DNA of 64,000 nt, taken from Selaginella moellendorffii (taxonomy: Eukaryota > Plantae > Lycopodiophyta). The stretch lies in assembly GCF_000143415.4 (NCBI RefSeq), contig NW_003314313.1, forward strand, positions 80,418-144,417. The letters are read 5' to 3'. Shown one piece after another: positions 1-12,186 of this stretch. How positions within the stretch are numbered: position 1 is the first letter of the stretch; each line of letters begins with the position of its first letter. Below the pieces are notes generated by a model. It saw only the letters and a program-made list of their open reading frames with translations. It did not search any database and was not told where the DNA came from. Position numbers and translations under genes: made by a program.

Positions 1-693
1 TATTTCGGGTTTAAATATAAAAAATAGAATTCCTTATTTAGTTAAAAAATATAATAATACTATAAGAATAACAAAATCTAGTGAATGCACTATTATAGCT
101 ATTAATTTTGAAATTAATTATTTGTTTATTATTGGCAAAATAAGAATTTAACATATTTAACATATATACCAATATTTTCTAGAATAACTTATTTTCATAA
201 AAATTGTGATATAAGTTTCTCAACATTATATGCAAGATACCCAAAAAATTCATTAAAAAAGGGTAAATTTTTTAAATCCTCTAATGGGAAGAATATAGTT
301 TATTTAAATTTAAATTTTATACTTAAACTTTATTCTGGAGAAAATTTATTATAAAAGTCTGACAATAAAGAATATAATGATAATTGTATACTTACTCTCT
401 AAACTAATGGCAACCTTATTTTATATAATTAATATTTTAAAAATTTATGATTAATAAATAAATTTTGTGTTAAATGTTTTTTTCTCACATATATTATTAT
501 TCAAAACGATTGCAATTTTGTAAGTTATAATGCTTCAGCACCAAATAAATATTGGTGGGCAAACATGTTGGATGCATAAAATAAAATAATTATTTTTTAC
601 TGTAAAAATTTTAACTGCAATATATTAAAGTAATTTTTAATAATTTTAATTTGAATATCCTACTAGTAAACCTTAGGGTTTCTTGTTCTATCC

Positions 694-1836
694 ATGGGGC
701 AAGCGTCTTCGATCGAGGAGGCTGTGGAAGTGAAAGCGCCGTCCATGGAGGAACGACCTTCTCTATCATTGCCTGCAAAAACGCTTATTGCTGGTGTTGC
801 GTTTGGAGCATCGCTGCCGATTGCGCAGGTATTTTGATCTTCTGGACGGGGAAATTTCACTCCCTTTTTGCTGGAAGCGTGTAGGAAAGCTTTGCAGGAT
901 TTCCTGTGCCACTCCACTTGCGAGCTCGGCTTTTGGTGCGGCGTTTGTGGCTTTATGCTCGACATCTTCAATGCAGGTTCTTTTTCTTCTTTCTTCTTTC
1001 TTTGAAGAAACTGAAAGTAGATTGAATAGATTGTGAATCAAATCGAAAGGATTGCTGCTGCCGAGTTTCCAGATGTTGATGCTGGTTTCTCGTCGTCGTC
1101 TCAAATTCTTCCTGTGCTCTTACCAGCGTTGATAGGCCTCGTATCCTTCAAGGTATAGAATCAAGAGTACAAGTTTATGTTTCCTGCTTAAAACCAAATG
1201 GAAATCTTGTGCAGGCTTTAGGTGGCAAGTATCGGAATCTATTGCCAAGTGATGTGCGATTTCCTGGAGTTTATGCACTGGCTTATCTTCCTTGTAAGTT
1301 CTCAACTCTTCCATTTTGTTTCCTCGCATAAAGATCATCTCACAGCAGGAATGCGCTATGCCTCCAAGCACGAAAAGTTCCTCATCAGGCTTTTGTACAG
1401 AGAGTTTGGTTGCCACCACTGCGGCAAGACAATCGGAGAAAGGTAAAATCCCAAAACACTTAGCTTTGAAGCCTTCGATAGCGATTGATGATCTCGGTTA
1501 GCATTGCAGATCACATACCGCCTAATGCTCTTCACTGGAAGCCTCGGCGCCGGCTCAAACTGACCCAAAAGTTCTATCCTCAGTGCATTCCTTGCATGAA
1601 AGTCCAGAGCAGCTCACTCCGGCATGGATTGAATCCACTGGTCTATCACCACAAATCCGGCTGGCCACAGGTACTCGAAAGCTAAAAAAAACTCTATTCG
1701 CTCCACCAGGCTAAAAACTTCCCGTGTTTCTGTTCAGCCATTTGTATTTTCAGGCTTTTTTCTGCCTGCTCTTGTTCCAGATGCTGAAGAGCTCAAAGGA
1801 GAGCTGCTAACCTACCATTTTGCAAAGTGGACTTGA
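694..1836 (+). CDS. 7-exon gene (~266 aa): hydrophobic N-terminal segments plus C-terminal HNH-like zinc-binding domain (GCHHCG..DHIPP..YPQCIPC)
   Basis: Hand-spliced model with GT-AG introns of 49-67 nt and consistent phases. Exons 694-828, 878-976, 1030-1152, 1215-1293, 1346-1442, 1502-1670, 1738-1836 (801 nt, ends TGA). Protein MGQASSIEE...RISCATP...LGGKYRNLLPSDVRFPG...YREFGCHHCGK...IADHIPPN...FYPQCIPCMKVQ...AKWT*. Domain call is from the motif pattern only. Confidence 0.8.
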
Positions 1837-1958
1837 CATTCTTTCTGACCGGAAGAACCATTTTATTAGTTTTAACATTTTTATATTTTTTCCGGTTGTG
1901 GAAAAGATTTACAAACATTTTTGTTTCCTTTTTGTACAGTCCAAAACATGCAAAACCT

Positions 1959-3549
1959 CTAGAAAACACTCTCTTTGAATGCTTGCTCAAGGAGAGGTCT
2001 AAACCTGTGCAGGGACAGCATGACATCCTGGTTCTGCAAGTAAATCTTCTTCATCTCCCACCAGCCCTTGGAGGTGATCTCCTCAGGATGTGCAACAGCT
2101 GCACTCTCCCGCCCCAGCTTCTTCACCAGGCTGCTCTCCTCCGCCACGATCTTGTACTCCAAATACCTAAGCCCTGCTTTCATGGCTGGCTGGCCATAGT
2201 AAGTCTGCGCAGCCCATTCCGTCCCCAGAGGAACAATCTGAATGAAAACCGAAGCCGGCCTCATAAACAGGAAGTGCGTGAGTGCCGCCCCATGCACGCC
2301 AACCATGACATGGGCCGAGTGCAGCTCCTCGTGAAGCTCAAACAGGGACGAGTGCGAGTTTGGTGCGAGCACAACGACACGGAACCCGATCTTCTTGGCC
2401 AGCCTCACGAGCGCGTTCTGGTTGAGCAAGACCCTGCTGCCCTTCCGGGCCAGCAGCACCAACTTTGGGCTCGAAGATCCGCCAACTTTGTTGCCAACTT
2501 TTGCGACGCGGGACATGGGCTTGAGTGGAGATTTCTGGGAGTTGAGCGAGGCTTTGAGCAGCTGCTGGAAGTCGCGCATTGAAGCTTCTGGTGCTTGGCT
2601 GGCGATGGCGAGCTCGTCGTGAATTTGCATCCCCAGGATTGCTTGCGGGAAGCAGTGGACACGCTTGGATCGATCGAAATCCTGGACGGGATAGTTTGAG
2701 AGCTTGCTCACGATGCTACCGTATTTCATCATCCACCATCTGTGGAGCTCCAGGACGAGGAAGACAACCTCGCCATGGAATTTGTGCGAGGTGATGAAGA
2801 GGGGAATGAGGCCGTCGTTAAACTCGTGGTAGACGTTGCCGGTGTAGCCGCCCGTGGAGAGGATCACCGCCGGGACGGAATGGTTTGTGTCGCAGGGCAT
2901 GCTGGGCGAGGAGCTGCGAGGGAGGATTTCCAGCGAGACCTCTCCAATTGTGGCCATGCAGCTCTTCTCCCATTTTCTTGTGTAAGGCTTGATCTTTGCC
3001 ACAACTTGGTGTGATTCTTGGGGTGATTCTGCGTCCAGGAGCGCGACTTTTCCGGCTCTTCCACCGCTCACTCGGACGTCGCCTCGCAATTCGCATACGT
3101 CGGTTCGAAAGTGAGAGAAATCGCAAGTGATGTTTGCTTTGATTTTCTCCATATTCAAGCCTGCGTAGCCAAGAGCACGAAACCTTACAAATGGTTTGCG
3201 AATTTCCTACAAATCGAATCGCACCTAGTCCTTGAGCTTTCTCTTCTTGAGCTACCGGTTGCTGGGCTCGATCCTGGTTTCCATTGCTGAATTTCCCCAA
3301 CAACAAGTTCATCCGCCTGCCGGGATTGCTCCTGAAAAGAATGAACAGCTCTGGAACATCATCTGCGAGAAAAATTGTCAATCAAGAAAATTCACAGAGA
3401 AATTGAGCTCTGGCGCATCGATTCCTACAAACTATTGCTGCTCTGTGCTGGATGACGCTCAACAATTCCACGATTATCCAGCTCCCCAGTGCCGCGAAAC
3501 AGAGGACAACTCTTGCGCTCCGGCGATTCTTCTTCCATCCCTTCGCCAT
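1959..3549 (-). CDS. Glycosyltransferase family 61 (xylan arabinosyl/xylosyl-transferase-like), type II membrane protein, ~486 aa
   Basis: ORF 1959-3158 has plant GT61 motifs (CDFSHFRTDVCELRGDVR, IKPYTRKWE, STGGYTGNVYHEFNDGLIPLF, GVHGAALTHFLF, IYLQNQDV). In-phase upstream exons 3549-3429 (MAKGWKKNRRSARVVLCFAALGSWIIVELL, signal anchor) and 3362-3225, then 3160-1959. GT-AG introns of 66 and 64 nt. Confidence 0.92.
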
Positions 3550-5615
3550 TGCAAGGATTGAGAGAAACGGGCCAAGAGGTCTTCAATGTACAGCCGGGCC
3601 AAAGGCACGTATGACTCGGAGAAAGAACGAACGGTTTTGCAAAACAAAAGTTTTCTTTTTTCTCGATCGCAGCCGTCGGTGGCCAGAAGGTTGGCAGCCG
3701 TCGATGGGCGAAAATCCAAAACATCGTGTGAGACACCCAATTGAATCAAACAACCAAGCTTTGCTACACAGCTTTCACATATAAATTTGTGAATCATGGG
3801 CTCTCACTCACTACTTAATTCTTTCGTTATCTCCCCTAATTCTCTTTTGGTTTTCTTTTTTCCTTGCACGTCTCTATCGCCACCATTGCATTCATTTTGC
3901 TTACGTAGACGTCGCTGTTGTGGTCCGTCCGATCCGACGAAGCCGTGTTCCACGTAAAGCTGGAAGATGAGTACAACGGAGTCATTATCAGCGGGGTATC
4001 TTTTACACGAATAATACTCTGTTTAAACCCGGGCCTGCTGGCTTCAATTGGCTTGGGTTGGTGGCACATTGCCTTTAAAATTAAAATCGATAATATTAAA
4101 TTAAGCCATCTGGCTGGCTTAACCTTTTGCGTCCAGATTTTGCTTGATCTACATAGTTGTTATCAAACTGTTCTGATAATTAAATTAAAATATATGCAAA
4201 TATTAATGAACTGAAATATCTAGGAGCTTTAAAAGTAATGTAGAGCATAACTAAATACGTTTTTTAGAAAACAATAAAGAATATTATGTAATAGTACAGC
4301 TAAACTTTCATGGAATCTATTTATTTATAAATAAAAAAAATGTTATATTAAAATATTGGGATAAATCAAGAACTTGTTTAACTGTATTTTAAAATAATTG
4401 GAATTTACTTTTCGCTAAAGATATAAGGTGAAGCTATTATGGTTTTTAAATTTTTGATAAGTATTTTAATAATAAAATTAAAAGTTATGAAGTATGTGAA
4501 TAATAATAATAAAAACATTTTTGTCATATAAACTATATAATAAATATACTTCATGATAATATAATAGTAATTTTTTATATATATTACTTATTTTTCTCAA
4601 TTTTAACCATACAGTCCACTACACCAATTATAATGAAAATATAGATAGCCTATACCTCTCTGTTCATTTTTTTTCTTACAACAAACAAGCTTGCAGGATT
4701 TTTAAAAACTTAGAAGAAATAAATTTATTTATTAAAATTTATTATAATTATGAAAAATAAATTACAATAAATTTTATACTCTGAAAGAATTACTAATCTA
4801 GTAAAATGTATTTGAATTCTATACATTTAGTTCACTGGGTTATTGTTAAGTATATTTTGATATAAAAAATATATATCTAGACAAGAGGAAGCTATTCCTC
4901 TGAAAGAAATATACACATTCTTTTTTATTTTATTTTTTTGGTTGTTTCCTGGCTCATTAGATGGATTGAAATATATCATTTGTATGAGTTTATGTTTGGG
5001 TTCATAATTAAGGCATATTAGCAACTTAAAGTCTGGCAGAATTTATGTTAACATATTAGTGATTATCATTATTTATTACCATATAACTATAGGTAAACGT
5101 AAACCTCCCTTGAGAGAGAAATTTTTATATAATAAGTATTTAAAAGTAATTATGCATTTTTATGGCAATTGTGAATTTTAAAATTAGTATTAGAAACTAA
5201 TATAACTTAAAAATATAAAACTTAATTTTCATCTTCTTATACACTAAGTTTGTAATTGGTGCAGACCCTAACCAAAAATAATTATGATTTAAAATTTAGA
5301 GAAACTAAAATCTTATTCATAGAATATACAAATGTGGTATATTAATATATCCACTTATTAAAATTATAGAAATAGTGTTATACTTAAAGCATTTTATGGT
5401 AACTTCTTTGTTATTATATGCATAAAACATAATTTTTAAATTTCTAATTGTGAGTGCTCAAGATATAGGAATAAGTATATTAATTGGGATTTAGACCCTT
5501 GCTTATATATAAAAATGGATAGATTAAATTTAATCTTGAATGGACAGTTTTTATGCTATAGTACTATAATTAGTGTATTACCTAACTAGGGTAATATGTA
5601 TGTGTCTATGTGTAT

Positions 5616-5753
<138 letters not shown>

Positions 5754-6076
5754 ATTTTTACAAACCTTACACCATCTTGCCCTCTAGAAGATGACAACAA
5801 GTTAGGTGGAACATTTGGAGCTTTTGTGGGGCAATTATAAACTACCACAAGAATCTAAAACTCCCATAAAACTATTAACAAAGTTTCTAACAACCATGAT
5901 TGAAAAAAAACCCAAAACTATTACATAAGCATTAGTCCACTATAGAATTTTAATGCACCACTTGCAACTTTGTGTGCAATTGCCAAATGCTTAAACCAAC
6001 CATGAAACCATAGTTTCAAACTAAAGTAAAGGACTTTAAAAACTATTATTGTCTATAGAGTTGGTCTAAAGTTGAG

Positions 6077-6668
6077 TGTAAGCTCTTGAATTTGGACTTC
6101 CAGGGAGGTCATTTACCCCAGTACTATTGAAACCCAAAGACGCTTAACCTCAAATATTCCAAAACCCTTAACCGATTGGAAAAGGGGGTGCACTTTTATT
6201 TATGGGCCCTTTCCCTCTATATTTAAACCCCATGGACCATCTCTCAAATCGTTCTCTTTAGTTGCTTACAATCCACCATGCTTCCCTGCAAGTTCACGCC
6301 CTCATGAACAGAAGCTGAGAGCCATAGCTCTCCTAAGAGCCCCGCTCTCTTGACACCCTACCCCTTGGGTCGAGCCCAATAGGAGTAAACTGGACCAGCC
6401 ACGTGTCAATAACATGTGGTATGATTCTCCTAGCCAACTAACAAAGTCAAACCCGAGACCGCTCTAATATCAAATATAAGCTCCCAAATTTGGACTTCCC
6501 ATGAGGTCACCCAACCCAGTACTATTCAAACCCAAGGATGCTTAACCCCTAATATCCCAAGACCCTTAACCAATTGAAAAAGGGGGTGCACTTTTATTCA
6601 TGGGCCCTTTCCTTTTATATTTGAACCCCATAGACCGTCTCTCAAGTTGTTGTCTTTGGTTGTTTATA
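6077..6668 (-). mobile_element. Cassandra-type TRIM with 5S rRNA-like core in the LTRs (copy 1, complete)
   Basis: 194-bp LTRs at 6077-6270 and 6475-6668, 204-bp non-coding interior, TSD TTGAG. Degenerate tRNA-Met PBS (rc of gctctaatatca) and PPT GGTGGAT. LTR minus strand reads GTTAAGCGTCTTTGGG..TAGTACTGGGGTAAATGACCTCCCTGGAAGTCC, matching the internal control region of plant 5S rRNA. Confidence 0.93.
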
Positions 6669-7363
6669 TTGAGTTGAGTTCACAAGTTGAGCTCAATTTA
6701 GCTCAAGTCAATACTAGTCATTATAGTCAACCATAAGTATTATAAGGAAATATTAAATCAGAAAAATGTTATTCTTTGGTGAACTTGAAATTTATGAATT
6801 TAAGTATCAATGGTTCAGAGAAATTTCTATTTTTTGAATCTTTCTAATGCAATTTATACAATAAAATACTGTTTCTAGAATTAGAAGTTCGTTTGAACCC
6901 ATAGAAATTTTTGGGCTTTATTGGTCTCAAATAAAATGGGAATATTGAAGTTCGAATGAACTTAAAATTTCTATTGTACATTTTAACATTTTAACATTTC
7001 AACAATTGACCAAAAATATATAAATAATTTGAAACACTGATTCACTCATTCATTCTTTAGGGTTTACAGAGATGGGAAGCAATGAAGACAAAAAATCTGT
7101 AAGTAGTTTTAGCATACAGAAATGTGAGAATATTAATTTTGTTTCACTACCACAATTTTCATATTATACGCCTAGTCTTTATTACCCATCCGGAAATGTG
7201 GAGACCATTGTCACTATTGATAAAAATGCTCTTGTTACTTTTGAAACAACAATCCAAAGCAAGAGAAAAGAAGAAATGAATAGCACAGCAGAAAGCACTA
7301 ATAAATCCACTCTATAAACCTTTCAATGGCTTTTGTAATCCACTAAAATAAATTTTAAAAAAA

Positions 7364-7366
<3 letters not shown>

Positions 7367-7405
<39 letters not shown>
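7367..7405. repeat. (TA)n microsatellite
   Basis: Directly visible. Confidence 0.95.
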
Positions 7406-7407
<2 letters not shown>

Positions 7408-7507
7408 TATTTTTTTTGATATGTTTTGTCTTTGCAAAGAGTGTAAGTATATATAATGTGGACAAATCAAAGAGTTACATTTATATATGATTTTGGGATT
7501 GAAAGGT

Positions 7508-8171
7508 AATCTTGCAAAAAGGCATACTCGTGTGCCTATATATATTCACCATTATTATATATGGTAGGCCAGCTTTATAAATTAAGGCTCCGTATTAATT
7601 ATATGCTAGTTTTTAGCTTCTGAAACCTTATAGCCACTTGTTTCTCATAGTAAGTTGAAATTACTGAGACTGACAATTATGATTTAATATATTGTCATAT
7701 CATAATAAAACATCATTCTTGAGATTGAAATATAGTATATTAATCAGAGAATTCTTATTTCTGGGAAGTTTAATTCTTCCTGTGTATTGCAATGGTTAGG
7801 AAGAACTTTACTTTTGGTCCTGGAGGCCTTTCATATGAGTCTCCACTTCCATCTCCAATCTCAAATAATAATCCACCTTCACCTCTACGCAACAATCCTT
7901 CTTTTCATTTTGAGGGCTATTGTGAGGCTCTTCTATTTGCGACCTCGAGTTCAATCTCAAGAATGATGTTTTATTATGACATGACAATATATTGAATCAT
8001 AATTGTCAGTCTCAATAATTTCAACCTACTATGAGAGACAAATGGCTATAGGGTTTCAGAAGCTAAAAACTAGCATATAATTAATATGGAGCCTTATTTT
8101 ATATAGCTAACCTACCATATATAATAATGGCAAATATACACAGACACGCGAGTATGCCTTTTTGCAAGATT
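7508..8171. repeat. Foldback / long inverted repeat (~220-bp arms, ~220-bp spacer)
   Basis: 7508-7729 is the reverse complement of 7950-8171 with scattered mismatches. No convincing TSD seen. Confidence 0.9.
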
Positions 8172-8239
8172 TGCAAAAGATGCCTCAAGTGCAAGGAATA
8201 AAAATTCCTTTTTTATGATGTTATTAAAAGAGTTGAATT

Positions 8240-9065
8240 GCCCCCAAACACCAAGGCCAAGTGCCCCAGCTGGGCACTTGGCGCAAGCCGGCCAAGGGGC
8301 TTGGGGGCGATTCGGATCTGTTCCTAACACTCATGTGCAAGGACTTCTTAGGCCGTGTGCCTGGGGCGACCACTTGGCCTTGGCACTTGGCGCTGGCACC
8401 GGCTCGCCCCCAAGCCCTTTAGCCGGCTCGCGCCAAATGCCCAGTGCGGGCACTTGGCACAGGGACTTGGCCCGGGCTTGGGCCCGCCCCCAAACACCTT
8501 TGCCAGCCCACATGGAGTGAACCAGCGAACCAGCCCGCCCCCAATTGCCTTGGCTGGCTCGTGCCAAATGCCCAGCATGGGAATTTGGCACAGGCACTTG
8601 GCACGGGCACCGGCCTGCCCCCAAGCACCTTTGCTGGCCTGCACGGACTTGGCGCGGGCAGTTGGCGCGGGCGCTGGTTTGCTGGCGTACCGGCCCACCA
8701 TGGCCAGCCCAGGCGGAGTGCCCGGCCAAATGCCCGGCCCGGGCACTTGGCAGTGGCAGCGCTGGGCATGCAGCAGCAGTGCTGTGCTGGGCAGCGGCGT
8801 GGCATGGGCAATGCTGGGCAGCAACAGCGCGGCAGTGGTGGCACGGCAGCAGCGGTGCTGGGCAGCGGCAGACAGTGTGGTGCTGGGAGTGACATGGTGC
8901 TGGGCGGTGCTGGGCGGCACTGAGCGTGGCGTGGTGTGGCATGGGCACGGCAGTGCTGGGCATGGCGGTGCTGGGCGGGGCATGGCATGGGCGTGGGGGC
9001 ACTGGGCATGGCGTGGGCGCGGGGCCGCTGGGTGTGGCGGCGCTGGGTGTGGCGTGGGAGGGGAG
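8240..9065. repeat. GC-rich low-complexity repeat (GGCACTTGGC / GTGCTGGGC motifs), possibly the sub-terminal region of the downstream DNA transposon
   Basis: Many dispersed copies of ggcacttggc, gccaaatgccc and gtgctgggc in an otherwise AT-rich region, with overlapping low-complexity ORFs on both strands. Confidence 0.65.
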
Positions 9066-11341
9066 TGGAGGAGAAAAACCTCTCTTGGCGGCATTCTGTT
9101 CGATGCCGATGGATCCCGTAGTCACTCCCAATCTCCCGCTCTACTTTCTGTAAAACCCTAATGCCGGTGGCTGTCCTAACCCTAACATAACTTTCATCAC
9201 AGCCGTTCATTGTGGATGTAGTAAATTTTTATTACATTTTGCAAATATTTGCTAGCAATGTACAATTTCTATTCCATCTTAGATTTGATCACGTGACAAA
9301 GGTTTTGAGTTGTAATTCAATAATGGAGGTGTGCTTTAATATGACTATGCCATAATGTGAAATAATGTCACAGACGCATGTGTTGAATTGATCACAGTAC
9401 GAAATTATAAATGAGAATTATGTGTTTCTTGCAAGTGATAGTATCTTGTTAGAAAATATAAGATTATTAAATCATAAAGTGTTATTTCCAAAGAAATGTA
9501 TATAGATAATTTACTATAGGTGATAGATGGTAGTACAAAGATGGAATATATTGAAATGAGTTCAGAAGAATGTGATGATTTCTAGCTTTAATGGAGTACT
9601 GAAAATATGTACAATATTTAATTTGTTTGGCAATAGTTGGTTGATGGTAGATCCTAAAATAAAATCATTCCTATCTTTCATATTATGGCACATGCTTAAG
9701 GTGATATTTCTTTCCGTTCAACCAAAAGTTAATCCATATAATAAATTTGAGCATGTTTTTGAATTCAATATATACAGACTTTTAATATTGTACAACATAG
9801 TCCTATATGCTTCATACAGAATTTATTATAACAACATTATTCAATGTTAGATCCTAGAATAAAATCACCCTTTCTTTTCACATAATGGCATAACACATGT
9901 TTGAGATGAAATTTCTTTATAAAAGTTTAGAGTTCCAAAACCTAAAGGCAACAAAATGGAGAACTTCCTTTTGCATTACCAAGATCACCCATCGCTTTCT
10001 TTCTCCCAAAGTCTTATTTCAGAAAGTTTTCTTTCCAACGTTTCGATCTTTCTCTCGGTTTTATTTCATTGGAGGCTATGATTTGCAATAACATTGGTGT
10101 AGTTGAACGATTAGAGTTTCTTCTTTCGGGTGTATGTGAAGGTGAACAACATTGGGATTTGCAACATTCCAAGTCGAAGGAGATTCGAGTTTTTGGATCT
10201 CTAATCAAAGTGCGAGGCTGCAATCTTGCCAAAGTGAATGTGAAGCAAGAGTCAATTGTCATCATTTCTTTCTCTTCTAGTTCTAGTGGAGATGTTAGTC
10301 CAGTGCAAGCCAAGAATTTCCAAACTCCAACTTCACCGATATTCAAAGTTGTTTGCAACACTTTCCAATTTTCCCGCCTCTCTATCAATGTACATTCCTT
10401 TCTACATAAGCCCATTAGCGAGCTCCCATCTACATACAATGGCAATATCTTCTTTAAACTACCACCTCTTGTCAGCTCAAAATGAAAGGGGATGGAGACG
10501 AAGTAGGACGTCCACAACTAATGCAAGATCAAGACCACACATTTCCAGCATTTCGAAGGCACAGTGTCCATGGTTCATTATGGTGGGTATTTGGATTGTG
10601 TGAATAAAGCATGCAATCAAGAGCGCAGTAAAAACTCCACATTTTTTGAAGGATCTGCAACCAATTCTCCCATCTGTGACACCATTGGTGTTGGATTCAA
10701 GTGTTAGTTTTGCATGAATGCTCCATTGTGTCGCGCCATCTGCGGGGCCAAGATGTACTATTTTCTTCCACAGGATGGAGAGGCTGATAGTGCTATAGTA
10801 CATATTGACACGCACACATCCAATACAGGAAAGGATACAAAGGAGTCTAGTTAACCATTTCAAAGATGCAGTGTAGATAGAGATTGTGAGAAACTCATTT
10901 ACAACTCCAAAGCATGTTCAAAAAATAGTGCTCAAAGATTTTATCACAAGCACTTTACTTGATCCAGACTACAAGAATACTCAACTGGATGAGGCTAGCT
11001 TGCAGGAGTTACTACAACATGTGCAACCTGCAACTAGCCTCATGAGGTATGAAAATATTATTTCATACTTTTCAATAATATCTCTCTTACATTTTGTTTT
11101 ATTTAGGATAAAGTCTTGGATGTGAATCTCGAGAGGGGAAACTCCAATAAAAAATTAACTCAATCCTGGAACTAAAACAGACTTGTCTTTACAAGTTTAT
11201 CCATAGGAGTTTATTTCCAAATCAAGTCGTTAGTGAGCAAGAGTGCCCCTTTGTTTTCAAAATGTCTACCATGGGCCCTACCTTTGGTGTGGATTTTGTT
11301 TCCCGAATAAATATGTCTGGATCGAGTGACCTTGCTAATGA

Positions 11342-11980
11342 CCTTCCCATACATCTCATTTGTATGGGAAGCAGAGCTGGGTAGCCGTGGTTCAACCCCA
11401 GCTGCCCGTGAGCCTCCACTCCCCACCCATCATGCTATAGGTAAGAAAGTCCCTCCTCTTTCTGGGACAACAGCTTTTGGCTATTTGTCCCAGTCCAAGT
11501 TCAAGCTTGAGGGTGAGCAGGAGCCAAGTCCGAATGCGAGCCCGAGCAAAAGCCCGAGTGCGTGCTCGAGCCCAACTTCAAGCCCAAGTCTGAGCACGCA
11601 GGAGCCCGCGCATGCGCTGGAAGTCCAGCAGGGGGTGTGGAGCCAGGCACACAAGGTTTGACCTCAGTTGTGCCCAACACTCCCATCCCCCACTATCCTT
11701 CCAGTGCTCGCGGCCTACCACGCCCCAGGGAGACAAGCGTTTTGGGCTTTCACCCCACCTAACGTGTCCATGTTAGAGCCAGAACCCGAGTCCACGATGG
11801 AGCCTAAGTCTGACTCCAATATGGTGCATGTGAGGTGGAGCCTGGCAGCCCGTGCATGCGCTGGAAGTCTAGCAGGGGGTGTGGAGCCGGGCACCCGAGG
11901 TCTGACCTCAGCCCAACACTCCCATCCCCCACTATCCTTCTGGTGCTTGTGGCCTACCACACCCTAGGGAGACAAGCACT
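11342..11980. mobile_element. LTR-derived fragment with internal duplication, lodged in the MULE transposase
   Basis: Contains gggagacaagcgttttgggctttcacccc, the motif shared with family A/B/C LTRs. 11600-11740 is repeated at 11845-11978. Ends not defined. Confidence 0.6.
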
Positions 11981-12186
11981 CAGGAAATATTTTGGAAGTC
12001 CCTCTCCAACATTGTATTGAAGTGGATTGGTAAGTCTACCAACTTTCGTGGTTTTATGGCAGATGGGGCTGGGCCTAATTGGAATGGTGTCCGGGTAGTC
12101 TTTGAGAATGGTCAACCCCTAGAAGGTCGTGAAAGGACTTGTGAGTTCCATTGGGCTCAGAGCCTAAACCAACATTGCCACCTTAT

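Noticed and set aside
1827-3014. Plus-strand ORFs up to 251 aa
   Set aside because: Antisense shadows of the GC-rich GT61 exon.
5452-5522. ~70-bp near-identical segment repeated at ~36439-36510
   Set aside because: Probably a fragment of a dispersed repeat; no ends or TSD to define an element.
6095-6150. 5S rRNA gene
   Set aside because: Only the internal ~55-nt core is present, embedded in TRIM LTRs.
8331-9210. 250-270 aa ORFs in several frames
   Set aside because: GC-rich low-complexity repeat lacking stop codons; no domain-like sequence.
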